Assembly (NCBI GenBank): GCA_951406725.2
Contig: OX597831.1
Coordinates: forward strand, 23,064,001 to 23,128,000
From: Octopus vulgaris
Taxonomy: Eukaryota
DNA: 64,000 nt
Direction of reading: 5' to 3'
The notes under the pieces are model-generated. The model did not search any database. It had not been told where the DNA came from and was given only the letters and a program-made list of their open reading frames with translations. Position 1 is the stretch's first letter. The number at the start of each line of letters is the position of its first letter. This document shows positions 26,240 to 38,677 of the stretch, piece by piece. Both the position numbers and the translations under genes were made by a program.

Positions 26240-27101
26240 AAAATTTTTCTCTATATATCCCTCTCTTTCTCTCCCTAACTCCCTCTCTTTCTCTCTCTAT
26301 CTCCCTCTCTATCTCTCTCTATCTCCCTCTCCTTCTCTCTCTATCTCCCTCTCCTTCTCTCTCTATCTCCCTCTCTTTCTCTCTCTATCTCCCTCTCCTT
26401 CTCTCTCTACCTCCCTCTCTTTCTCTCTCTATCGCCCTCTCTTTCTCTCTCTATCACCCTCTCTTTCTCTCTCTATCTCCCTCTCCCCTCTCTCTCTCTC
26501 TAACTTTGTCTCTCTATCTCCCTCTCCTTCTCTCTCTATCTCCCTCTCTTTCTCTTTCTATCTCTCTCTCTTTCTTTTCCTCTCTCACATGTCCATACAA
26601 AACATAAACACACTCTTCGTCTCTTATAGTTCTCCGTTATATACATACACTGCTCCAAATCACACACACACACACACAAGATGTCTACATATATATACAT
26701 ATATATACACATACATTTTACAGGTTTCTCTATCAAGTTACATGGACCTTCATCCAAAAGAAATCACCCCTTCCTCTTTATCAACCTGTGTGTGTGTGTG
26801 TGTGTGCGTGCGTGAATATGTGTGTATGCTTATGTGCGTGTGTGTTTGTATGTGTGTGTGTGTGTTTGCTTGTGTGTGTGTGCTCATCTGTGTGTACTTG
26901 TACATGTATGTGTGTGTACTTGCTTAAGTGTGTGTGTGTGCTCATCTGGGTGTTCTTTTATGTGTGTGTGTGTGATTGTGTATCTCTCACACATATACAT
27001 GCCCATATACTGTCATCTTCACTCCTTTTCTCTCTTTCTCAAAATCCCTTTTTTCCAATTATCACTTTTTTCAAAACTCTCTCTCTCTCCCTCTTACTCT
27101 C

Positions 27102-27154
<53 letters not shown>

Positions 27155-27237
27155 AACACACCACTTCTGTCTTCTATGTTTCAAACCAACGCTATCACCT
27201 TCATAAATATTCTCTCCTCATTCTTTTTCCCTTTCTG

Positions 27238-27293
<56 letters not shown>

Positions 27294-27420
27294 ACACACA
27301 CTTGCACATAATTACACACACACACTTATACATATGGCTGCAAACACACACATAATTGTGTGGTTGAATACATACAACACATCATACACCATACTCAAAC
27401 ACACATACCACACAAACTCA

Positions 27421-27460
<40 letters not shown>

Positions 27461-27670
27461 CACATACATTCACACGTGCATACACAAACGCACAACTAAT
27501 GCACACGCACACATGCATTATGGACACACACATTGCATAACTGTATTGCAAGCGCTACATACCACATGCACACATATACGCAAAAATGCACATACAGAAA
27601 CATACAGATACAAAGACACACACACATACACACATACACGCATACACACATACACACACATGCTCACTCT
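26240..27670. repeat. Compound (CT)n/(GT)n/(CA)n low-complexity block
   Basis: Seen directly. Confidence 0.9.
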
Positions 27671-27963
27671 CTTTTTCTCATTCATATTTTACATCCCTGC
27701 AAAACACTTGAGAACAAAAAAAAAAAAGCAATCAAAATGGCAAAAAAAAACAAAACATTAAGAAAATAATTAAATGAATATGAAAATAAAATAAACTTCC
27801 TATTATCTTGATCTGATACTTGGCCTTAGGATTTCTGTCAACTTCGCCGTCAACATCACATTATCAGATTAGAAAAAAAAAAACATTTGCTCAAAAACGT
27901 GGCATCGATCATACAGCGATACAAGATTAACAACAGAATTAAATTTGTTTAGGAAATACATAC

Positions 27964-27995
<32 letters not shown>

Positions 27996-27996
27996 T

Positions 27997-28059
<63 letters not shown>

Positions 28060-28337
28060 AAGTGTATTTCTACAGATTTTCTATAGAATTTAGTGTCCAC
28101 ATTCAAAGTTATGACGTTTCATATACGAATGTGTCTTTGTAAACAAGGCAGTCAATGATAGAAAACTAGGTTATTGGTGTGTATATGCACATTTCAGGAG
28201 TTATTGCTATTTCTTCAGCTCCACATCCAACCCATTAACTATTCACAAATACTTAAATAGCCACTATGTGTAGCAGTGTAACACAATTAGATAGGCCACT
28301 TTACATATCAAACACATCCCTAGATAGTGGCATGTAT

Positions 28338-28404
<67 letters not shown>

Positions 28405-28411
28405 TATATAA

Positions 28412-28484
<73 letters not shown>

Positions 28485-28487
<3 letters not shown>

Positions 28488-28790
28488 GTGATCACATGAC
28501 CGACCAGACCATCAGATGTAGTTACACATCGCTGGTCACAATGCGTTCGCATTGTTATAGCCTTCGAATGATGCCACCCCGCTGGCTAAGCGAGCAGGCC
28601 GACAGAAGAAAGAGCGGGAGAAAGAGTGGTGAAAGAGTACAGCAGGGATCACCACCCCCTGCCGGAGCCTCGTGGAGCTTTTCGGTGTTTTCGCTCAATA
28701 AACACTCACAACGCCCGGTCTGGGAATTGAAACCGCGGTCCTGCGACCGCGAGTCCGCAGCCCTAACCACTAGGCCATTGCGCCTCCACA
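28485..28790 (-). mobile_element. SINE family C
   Basis: Matches 13357-13640. Confidence 0.9.
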
Positions 28791-28799
28791 TATATATAT

Positions 28800-29100
28800 G
28801 GAGTCAAAATGGTCCAGTGGTTAGGGCAGCAGACTCACAGCCATAGGATCGTGGTTTCAATTCCCAGACTAGGTGTTGTGAGTGTTTATTGAGTGAAAAC
28901 ACCTAAAGATCCATGAGGCTCGAGCAGGGGGTGGTGGCAATCCCTGCTGTACTCTTTCACTGTAACTTTCTCTCATTCTTTCTTCTGTTACCCTGCTTGC
29001 TTAGCCAGCAGGGTGGTGTCATTTGAAGGCTAAAACAATGCAAAGCACATCGTGACCAGCGATGTGTAGCAACATCTGACAGCTTGGTCGAGAAAAAAAA
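28800..29100 (+). mobile_element. SINE family C (more diverged, short poly(A) tail), head-to-head with the previous copy
   Basis: GGAGTCAAAATGGTCCAGTGGTTAGGGCAGC...CTTGGTCGAGAAAAAAAA. Confidence 0.85.
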
Positions 29101-29140
29101 TATATATATATATATACTGTAGACAAGGCAGCGTGGCATT

Positions 29141-29176
<36 letters not shown>

Positions 29177-29378
29177 CCCTCTCTCTTTTTCAGAGAGGCA
29201 CTGAGCAGCTATACGCACACATACACACACGGCAGTAACTTCCACCTACCGAATTCAATCACAAAGCTCCGGTCGGCTCAGGGCTATAGTGGAAGACACC
29301 TACCCAAAGTGCCACACAGTGGGACTGAACCTGAAACCATGTAGCTAGGAAGCAAGCTCCCTAGCCACACAGCCATGC

Positions 29379-29958
29379 CAAGGGTGTTACAAGTAGAAGC
29401 CCCATGCTAAAAATAGCAGTTAGAAGATGAACTACAATCACAAGTTTTCACTGAAACACATTAACTGAAATTGATGGAATGAGCAGAATTTCTAAGTCCC
29501 ACTACCAAAAGCGAGAAGAATTGTAAATTGAAAAGCCAGACATAATCATATTGTCGTGATTTTGAACTTTTTGAAAATGTCATTTAGTTATCCTCAGCGA
29601 GTCTCACTGACCCACGGTAACAGAAACTGCCATTTCAACAATGCGTGCAATGACCGTTTTTAATGCTGCTGCATTATGCATCACATACAGGAAGATTGTT
29701 GAGATGGGCAGTTTCTATGACCCTGGGTCAGAAAGACACACTGAGGATAACTAAATGACATTTTCAAAAAGTTTGAAATCATGACAATACGAGTTTGTCT
29801 GTCTTTTCAATTTACGATTCTTTTTGTTATTGGTACAGGGGCTTAGACTTTATGCTTATTCCCCTGACTTCAATTAATGTGTATCAGCGAAAATTTGTGG
29901 TTGTAGTCGTCTTCTGACTGCTATTTTTAGCGTGCTGGTACTACTTGTAGCACCCTTG
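29379..29958. repeat. 580-bp rod-like imperfect inverted repeat (~264-bp arms, 52-nt loop)
   Basis: Arm 29379-29642 (CAAGGGTGTTACAAGTAG...) pairs with 29695-29958 (...CTACTTGTAGCACCCTTG). It includes a perfect 33-bp core AACTTTTTGAAAATGTCATTTAGTTATCCTCAG. Confidence 0.95.
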
Positions 29959-30070
29959 ATTATTAATTAATAAATGTTTACCTTTATGTTATTACCTTTA
30001 TGTTTTTTTATGCATACTATGCCACCTGATATTATTGTAAACAATAACATCATATATATATATATATATA

Positions 30071-31767
30071 TCATCATCATCATCATCATCGTTTAGCGTC
30101 CGTTTTCCATGCTAGCATGGGTTGGACGGGTCAACTGGGGTCTGTGAAGCTGGAAGGCTTCGTCAGGCCCAGTCAGATCTGGCAGTGTTTCTACGGCTGG
30201 ATGCCCTTCCTAACGCCAACCACTCCGCGAGTGTAGTGGGTGTTTTTTACGTGCCACCTGCACAGGTGCCAGACAGAGCTGGCGAACGGCCACGAACGGA
30301 TGGTGCTTTTACGTGTCACCGGCACGGGGCCAGGTGATGCTGGCAACGGACACGAACGGATGGTGCTTTTACGTGCCACCGACACGGGGCCAGACAGAGC
30401 TGGCAACCGGCCATGAACGGACGGTGCTTTTACGTGTCACCGGCACGGGGCCAGCCGAGGCTGGCAACGGACGCGAACGGATGGTGCTTTTACGTGCCAC
30501 CGACACGGTTGCCAGACAGAGCTGGCAAACGGCCACGAGCGGACGGTGCTTTTACGTGTCACCGGCACGGGGGCCAGCCGAAGCTGGCAACGGACACGGA
30601 TGGATGGTGCTTTTACGTGCCACCGACACGGGGCCAGACAGAGCTGGCCAACGGCCACGAACGGATGGTGCTTTTACGTGCCACCGACACGGGGCCAGAC
30701 AGAGCTGGCCAACGGCCACGAACGGATGGTGCTTTTACGTGTCACCGGCACGGGGCCAGGCAAGGCTGGCAACGAACATGAACGGATGGTGCTTTTACGT
30801 GCCACCGACACGGGGCCAGGCAGAGCTGGCAAACAGCCATGAGCGAATGGTGCTTTTACGTATCACCGGCACGGGTGCCAGACGAGGCTGACAGCGGACA
30901 CGAACAGATGGGTCACTTAACCCCTGCTTTCTGATATATGATTTATTTTGATTGTTCTCACTGGTCTTGCCGGGTCTTCTCACGCACAGCATACTTCCAT
31001 AGGTCTCGGTCTCTGGTCATTTCCTTGGTGAGACCTAGAGTTCGAAGGTCGTGCTTCACCACCTCGACCCAGGTTTTCCTGGGTCTACCTCTTCCACAGG
31101 TCCCCTCAACTGCCAGGGTGTGGCACTTTTTCACACACCTATCTTCATCCATTCTCACCACATGACCATACCAGTGCAATCGTCTCTCTTGCACACAACA
31201 TCTGATTCCTCTTAGGTCCAACTTTTCTCTCAAGGTACTTACACTCTGTCGACTATGAACACTGACATTACACATCCAACGGAGCATACTAGCTTCATTT
31301 CTCGCGAGCTTACGCATGTCCTCAGCAGTCACGGCCCATATTTCACTGCCATGTAGCATGGCTGTTCATACACATGCATCATACAGTCTGCCTTTTACTC
31401 TGAGCGAGAGGCTTTTAGTCACCAACAGAGGTAAGAGCTCCCTAAACTTTGCCCAGGCTATTCTTACTCTAGCCGTTACACTTTCAGCACACCCACCCCC
31501 ACTACTGACTTGGTCACCAAGATAACGGAAGCTATCAACCACTTCTAGTTTTTCCCCCTGGAAAGTGATGGAAGTTGTTTTCTGCAGATTTTCAGAGGTA
31601 AATGCTCCCGAGCATCTGTCACATACAAAAACCATCTTCCTAGTTAGGCTTCCTATGACATTGCTGCACCTCTTATGTGTCCATAGCTTACACTTGGTGC
31701 ATCTTATAGAGTTTCTACCTACACCTTTTCTACAGATCGAGCAGGGCCATCTACCTGAAGGCGTTTC
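30071..31767 (-). mobile_element. 5'-truncated RTE-clade LINE: PHD finger + RT C-terminus + minisatellite-bearing 3' UTR + (GAT)n tail
   Basis: One reading frame: CSIC..CTKC..HKRC..CDRC, EVVDSFRYLG, RVRIAWAKF, MLHGSEIW, RRLHWYGHVVRM, GRGRPRKTW. A single in-frame TGA at 31366-31368. Confidence 0.93.
30239..30908. repeat. ~60-bp GC-rich minisatellite, ~11 units, in the RTE 3' UTR
   Basis: GGTGCTTTTACGTG(C/T)CACC recurs about every 60 bp. Confidence 0.92.
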
Positions 31768-31839
31768 TGATTTATATATATATACATCTTTTAACTTTTA
31801 CTTGTTTCAGTCATTATAATGTGGCAATGAAATCAAATC

Positions 31840-32183
31840 ACAATCAAAGGGAAATTGCAGTTGTGATCCCTGTGCCAGTGGCACGTAAAAAGCACCATCT
31901 GAACGTGGTCGATGCCAGCGCACCTTGACTGGCTCCTGTGCTGGTGGCACATAAAAAGCACTGTCCGATCGTGGCCAATGCCAGCCCACTCAGGCTCCTG
32001 TGCTGGTGGCATGTAAAAAGCACCCACTACACTCTCGGAGAGGTTGGCATTAGGAAAGGCATCCAGCTGTAGAAACATTGCCAGATCAGACAGGTGCCTG
32101 ATGCAGCCTCCTGGCTCTCCAGACCCCAGTTGAACCATCTAACCCATGGCAGCATGGAAAACGGACGTTAAACGATGATGATG
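31840..32183 (+). mobile_element. RTE 3' UTR-type repeat (family D)
   Basis: Three GGCACGTAAAAAGCACC-type units and a (GAT)n tail. Confidence 0.85.
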
Positions 32184-32189
32184 AAAATG

Positions 32190-32227
<38 letters not shown>

Positions 32228-32536
32228 GTATGTATGTACATATATGTAAGTATGTTCGTATGTATATATGTTTCTATGTATGTATTTATAATAATTTTAT
32301 GAGCTACATAGACACGAGAATGCTGAATATACTTTTGTATTACCTTTGACTGTTATATAATAAGGTAAAGAAAATTACACACCTCTATCAACATTTTTCT
32401 CAGTCATTCTTCTGGACAACTGTACACAAGAGTAGATTGCACAAAAATGATTGATAAAAACTGAATGGGTTAAACTGCTTAACTGCTTGTTTGATTTTTG
32501 CATCCATCAGGAGGTCTGCCTTAGGACACTCTCGGA

Positions 32537-32586
<50 letters not shown>

Positions 32587-32878
32587 AGCTGCAGGCTAAT
32601 ATAATTTGATTTTGCTTTATTATTAGAATGTACTTGGAAATGTCATGGACTTTCTCTGCAAGACATGAGCTGCAACACAATAACATAATTGTAAACATTG
32701 GTAATTTAGAAAGTATTGCCTGTAAGGCAGTGGTATAGTGGTTAGGTTGGGCTCACAATCATAATGTAATAGTTTTGATTTTTGAATCAGATGACATGTG
32801 TGTGTGTGTGAATATTGTCCTTCTCCTTCCTTGTCCTGCATGGGTAACCAAGTATCTCTTCCATCTTAAGACAACTGT

Positions 32879-33391
32879 CTTTGTCCAACTAACATAGTCT
32901 AACCGCTATCCTTTGTCCAACTAACATAGTCTAACTGATATCCTTTGCCCAACTAACATAGTCTAACAACTAACATTTGTCCAACTAACATAGTCTAACA
33001 ACTAACATTTGTCCAACTAATGTAGTCTAACAACTAACATTTGTCCAACTAACATAGTCTAACTGCTATCCTTTGTTGAACTAACATAGTCTAACCACTA
33101 TCCTTTGTTGAACTAACATAGTCTAACCACTATCCTTTGTCCAACTAACATGGTCTAACTGCTATCCTTTGTCCAACTAACACAGTCTAACTGCTATCCT
33201 TTGTCCATCTAACATAGTCTAACCACTATCCTTTGTCCAACTAACATAGTCTAACCACTATCCTTTGTCCAACTAACATAGTCTAACCACTATCCTTTGT
33301 CCAACTAACATAGTCTAACCACTATCCTTTGTCCAACTAACATAGTCTAACCACTATCCTTTGTCCAACTAACATGGTCTAACTGCTATCC
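32879..33391. repeat. 31-32-bp minisatellite, ~16 units
   Basis: Unit CTTTGTCCAACTAACATAGTCTAACCACTATC. Confidence 0.95.
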
Positions 33392-34466
33392 TGGCAAGCA
33401 GCCACTTCTTTGGTTTCAGTTACTCCCTCTCTCAACTAAGTTGTTCATCTTGCAAGTTCCTTGGTGACACTGCTGGTGCCGGTGCCATGTGAAAAACATC
33501 CAATACATTCAGTAGAGTGGTCAGCATTAAGACGAGCAACCATCGATAGAAACCACGTCAAAACAGATAAATGGAACCTGGTGTAGCTCTCTGGCTTGCC
33601 AGCTCCTATCGAGCCAGTGAACCCATGGTAGCATAGAAAACGAGCATTAAATGATGATGATGATGATGATGATGATGATAATGCTGATGATATATAACTT
33701 TGGAGTCACGCAAATGTAATAAATCTGGCAGTTTAAAAACCTTAAGCAAGTCGCTTTTTGTACTTAGAAGATAAAAAGACCCACAAAGCAACAAATACAT
33801 ATCCAACAACATCAGTTAATCGAAATGTTTCCAAAATACAAAATTACAGTTAGAAATGTATCTTGCCTTTAAAGGAAACCGTTGGAAGTAACTGACATGT
33901 TTCAATCTTGTCTCATCAATGACACTTTTTCACTTCAGCTGAGTTGATTTAGAAGTGAGCAATAATATGAAAAATACAAGGAAATCAAAGATGCCTATTA
34001 TGGGACTTAACATCTTACTGAGTTTCACTTGGTTCTTCATCTTTCCAGAGTTAATAGAATAAAGTAATAGAGATAGTTTAATCAGATATACCCTCTTCCA
34101 GAGTCGAGGCCATGTTCATATGTTAGAAATCAATAATATAAGTATGTGATAAACATTCCCGTCTAAGAGATAATCCTTCGGAAAATAGTTAGATTTTCTC
34201 CTTCTTCATGTCAACAGTCGCTGAATTCCGAAGATAAGTGGTTCCATGCAAAATGAAGGAAAAACAAAATTAAATGTAAATAATGTCTATGTGTGTGAGT
34301 ATATATATATTTGTCCATCTGTTTGTCCATATATATATATATGTATATAATATATATATATATATCTTCTCATGTACCTGTGTATTTATCTGTGTTTGTA
34401 TGAGTATATATATTTGTCTATCTGTTTGTCTGTTTGTCCATATATATATATGTATATATATGTATA

Positions 34467-34513
<47 letters not shown>

Positions 34514-35821
34514 GTATATATATGTATATATATATATATATATACACATATATTTATAAATCTTCTCGTGTATCTATGAATCTATGTGTGTGTGTGTATG
34601 TATATATACGTATATATATGTATGTATATATATATGTATATATATATATAGAGAGAGAGAAGTAGATAGATAAATGGAGAGGTAAATAGATGCATATACA
34701 TATTTGTACATATCCATGGGTTAAATTCAAATCACCAGCAATGCAATTATAACAAGCATACACCCCCACCACACACACAAACATACATGTATATACACAC
34801 ACACATGCACACACAGGCATATATACAAATATATAAGTACAATAGGCAGAGATAATCATATGTATGTGTGTGTATATATATATATATATACACACACACA
34901 CATGCACGCACAGATATATATATATATATGTATACGCATGCACACAAATATATATATATATATGCATATATCTATCTATCTCTCTCTCTCTATATATATA
35001 TATATATACACACGCACAAGCACACACACACACGCACACACACACATATATGCATATATCTCAACATGTGTACGCATACGCTCAAGCATAAACATGTGTA
35101 ATATACACACAAAACATTACAGAGATACCCAAACAGCTAGAGCTAGCAAGAAAGAGGTACAGATGTGTGAATGTGTGTGTGTTTGTGTGTGTCTGTATGT
35201 GTATATGTTTATGTGTGTGTTTGTGTGTGTCTGTTAGTGTGTGGGTTTGTGTGTGTTTGTGTGTGTATGTGCGTGTGTTTTTATGTGTGTGTCTGTTTAT
35301 GTGTGAGTTTGTGTGTATGTGTATGTTTATATATGTGTGTTTGTTTGTGTGTGTGTGTGTGTGTGCATGGCTCTTGCATGCATTATGCATGCAGAGTGTT
35401 GTCCTTGTTATTGACTACTAATAATTCGTGGCATGCGATTAAGAAACATCACATTTGAAGTGAAAACAATTTCCTTTGCTTCTTTCAAACATTGCAGATG
35501 ATGACAACTTAACGACATTCTTTCATATTTGTTGCTATTTTGATAGAAATTTGACATAAATGTTTGAGAAATTAATGTCTTTTAGACAGGATTTACGGAC
35601 GATTTCTTCCTCATTAGCATCTGATTAAGCAACGCAGTTTGCTGAGTTTGAAAGCCATTGCAACTGCATGGATTATATTTTCTCATTTGTTACCAGTGAT
35701 TCTACAAGCAGTTCTCGCATCCATATTATCAAACTGCTTTCTTCCAGTCGGAATTTACAATTTTCTCCTCGTTTTAGGAAGTCCTTCTATCTTTATTAAT
35801 TATTGATTATTTACACCCATA

Positions 35822-36041
35822 TATAGATAGATAAGTAGATAGATAGATAGGATGATTGATAGATAGATAGATAGATAGATAGACAGATAATCAGATAGAT
35901 AGATAGATAGAATGATAGATAGATAGACTGATAGTCAGATAGATAAATAGATAGATAGATAGATAGATATACAGATAGTCAGACAGATAGATAGAATGAT
36001 AGATAGATAGAATGATAGATAGATAAATAGACAGATAGATA

Positions 36042-36090
<49 letters not shown>

Positions 36091-36161
36091 CAGATAGTCA
36101 GACAGATAGATAGAATGATAGATAGATAGAATGATAGATAGATAAATAGACAGATAGATAA

Positions 36162-36218
<57 letters not shown>

Positions 36219-36277
36219 CAGTCAGAGATAGATAAATAGATAGATAGATAAATAGATAGATAGATAGACAGATAGAT
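35822..36277. repeat. (GATA)n microsatellite
   Basis: Seen directly. A similar (GATA)/(GGTA) block lies at ~37040-37530. Confidence 0.95.
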
Positions 36278-36512
36278 ATGCACACACACACACACACACA
36301 CACACACAGTGGCAGGCTGACCAGGTTGCCAGCTTGCCCGATGGCAAGTGGGCCCCTGCACCATTAGAATCCATATATGGGGGCCCATGTTAATATCTCT
36401 TCAAGTGTGAGAATTTTTTATTCACTCCCAGAAGAATACATTATTTCAGCCTGGCTGTGTGTGTAGACTGTTGAAAAGAGTACTTTTAACAAAAAAAAAA
36501 CATTAAATGATT

Positions 36513-36915
36513 GGCGCAGGAATGGCTGTGTGGTAGGTAGCTTGCTTATCAACCATATGGTTCCGGGTTCAGACCCATTACGTAGCACCTTGGGCAAGTG
36601 TCTTCTACTATAGCCTCGGGCCAACCAAAGCCTTGTATTTAGTAGACAGAAACTGAACGAAGTCTATCGTATATATGTATATATATATGTATGTGTGTGT
36701 ATTTGTGTGTCTGTGTTTGTCCCCACCCAGCATTGCTTGACAGCTGATGCTGGTGTGTTTACGCCCCCGTAAATTAGTGGTTTGGCAAAAGAGACCGATA
36801 GAATAAGTACTAGGCTTACAAAGAATACGTCCTGGGGTCGATTTGCTCGACTAATGGCAGTGCTCCAGCATGGCCACAGTCAAATGACTGAAACAAGTAA
36901 AAGAGTAAAAGAGAG
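36513..36915 (+). mobile_element. SINE family A
   Basis: Full-length match. Confidence 0.9.
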
Positions 36916-37174
36916 ATAGCATTGTAGTTTCAGCTGGGTCCCCATGTAGTTGGAGGTGGGCCTCCTTAGTCTCCTGGCAACCAATATTTTTTAGATCCTA
37001 TCTGTGACTGTTCATACACACATATATACATATAGAGAGAGAAGATAGTTAGATGGATAGATAGATGGGCAAACAGACAGACAGATGCATAGATGAATAA
37101 GTAAATAAAATAGATAGATTGATAGACAGACAGACAAATATATAAATAGATAGAAAAATAGATAGACAGATAGG

Positions 37175-37233
<59 letters not shown>

Positions 37234-37298
37234 GTAGGTAGGTAGGTAGGTAGGTAGGTAGGTAGGTAGGTAGGTAGGTAGATAGTTAGTTAGTTAGT

Positions 37299-37386
<88 letters not shown>

Positions 37387-37726
37387 GATGATGGATAGAT
37401 AGATAAATAGAGAGGGGGGATAGACAGGCAGGTAGGCAGGCAGACAAACAATAAGACAAATATATAGAAAGGCAGACAGATAGACAGAGTGATAAATAGG
37501 TAGATTAATTGATAGATACACAAGGAGATAGATGAATGTGAGTGAATGGAGAATGGTTGGGTAGCTGTTGGTATGATTCTTGACAAAATTATCCTCCCCC
37601 ATTTCTTACAAAATATTCTGCAACAAAAGAGGCTGGGTAATTATTTATGGACTAATAGCAGAAAAGATGTTAAATTTCATTTCTGCAATGAGAAAATGGT
37701 GATGTTAAAAATGGAGTGGACAACTA

Positions 37727-37789
<63 letters not shown>

Positions 37790-38444
37790 TGTGTGTGTGT
37801 CTATATTTATGTGCGTATGCATATGTGTGTGTTTGAGTACATTTTTGTGTATGTGCATGTGTATATGTTCAAGTACATTTGTGTGTGTGTGTGTATGCAT
37901 GTGTGTATGTATGTGTATATGTTCAAGTACATTTGTGTGTGTGTGTGTGTGTGTGTGTACAAGTGTGTGTGTGAGACCATTTCTGTGTGTATGCATGTGT
38001 GTGAGAGTCTGTGTGTGTACGCTTGTGTGTATGTGGTTGAGTACATGTGTGTGTGTGTGTGCATTTGTGTGCCTGGTTAAGAAGTTTGCCTTATAACCAC
38101 AGAGTTTGGAGAAGTTTTGTATTGTATCAATACCATTGGCTGATCTTTTCATACATTGTCACACACACACACACACACATTTCTGATTTATTCCAAAACA
38201 CTAATTTCATTAATAACCTCCATTGATTGTATTCTGTGTTGTTTAATAGGAACTTGAGTTTATCTGACCAAGTGCTTACCAGGTCCTCTCCTTCTTTTAC
38301 CTCATTGCAACCAAGATGCTATTCTGAATGAGATAGCCCTCTATCAGACAATATAGTTCTCTCCCCATTGGTTTCATGTCCCAAAGACCAAGTTTCACAT
38401 CAGAGCATGGTTGGAAACAAAAATGGTCAACCATCAAAAGTCCT

Positions 38445-38677
38445 TCCTGAGCCATACTTTCAGAAGGTCAGTTTTCTGGATTCTGTGGTGTAATTTCCCC
38501 TGGATGGGATGATGGTCCATTGTAGGATTGCTCACTTTTTGCCGGCTGGGTAGACCTGAGCAATGTGAAATGAAGTGTCTTGTTCAAGAAAACAATGCTT
38601 CGCCTGGCCCAGGAATTGAAACCACAATCTTATGACCATGAATGCAACATCCAAACCACTAAACCATGCACCTCCAC
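38445..38677 (-). mobile_element. SINE family F
   Basis: Colinear with 1263-1501. Confidence 0.75.

Noticed and set aside
28170-28225. Minus-strand CTGAAGA...GAAATGTGCATA hammerhead-like spacing
   Set aside because: Neither stem I nor stem II can pair, so it is compatible with chance.
28720-28790. tRNA-like sequences with A and B boxes (also all SINE A, B, C and F heads)
   Set aside because: They lack a proper acceptor stem and continue into SINE bodies, so they are SINE heads rather than tRNA genes.
30239-30908. CRISPR-like look: a palindromic conserved ~27-bp motif separated by ~33-bp segments
   Set aside because: The 'spacers' are homologous to each other, no cas genes are present, the context is eukaryotic, and the array lies in an RTE 3' UTR.
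36307-37005. Possible hAT-like MITE (GGTTGCCAG / CTGGCAACC) around a SINE A
   Set aside because: Terminal repeats and TSD could not be defined confidently.
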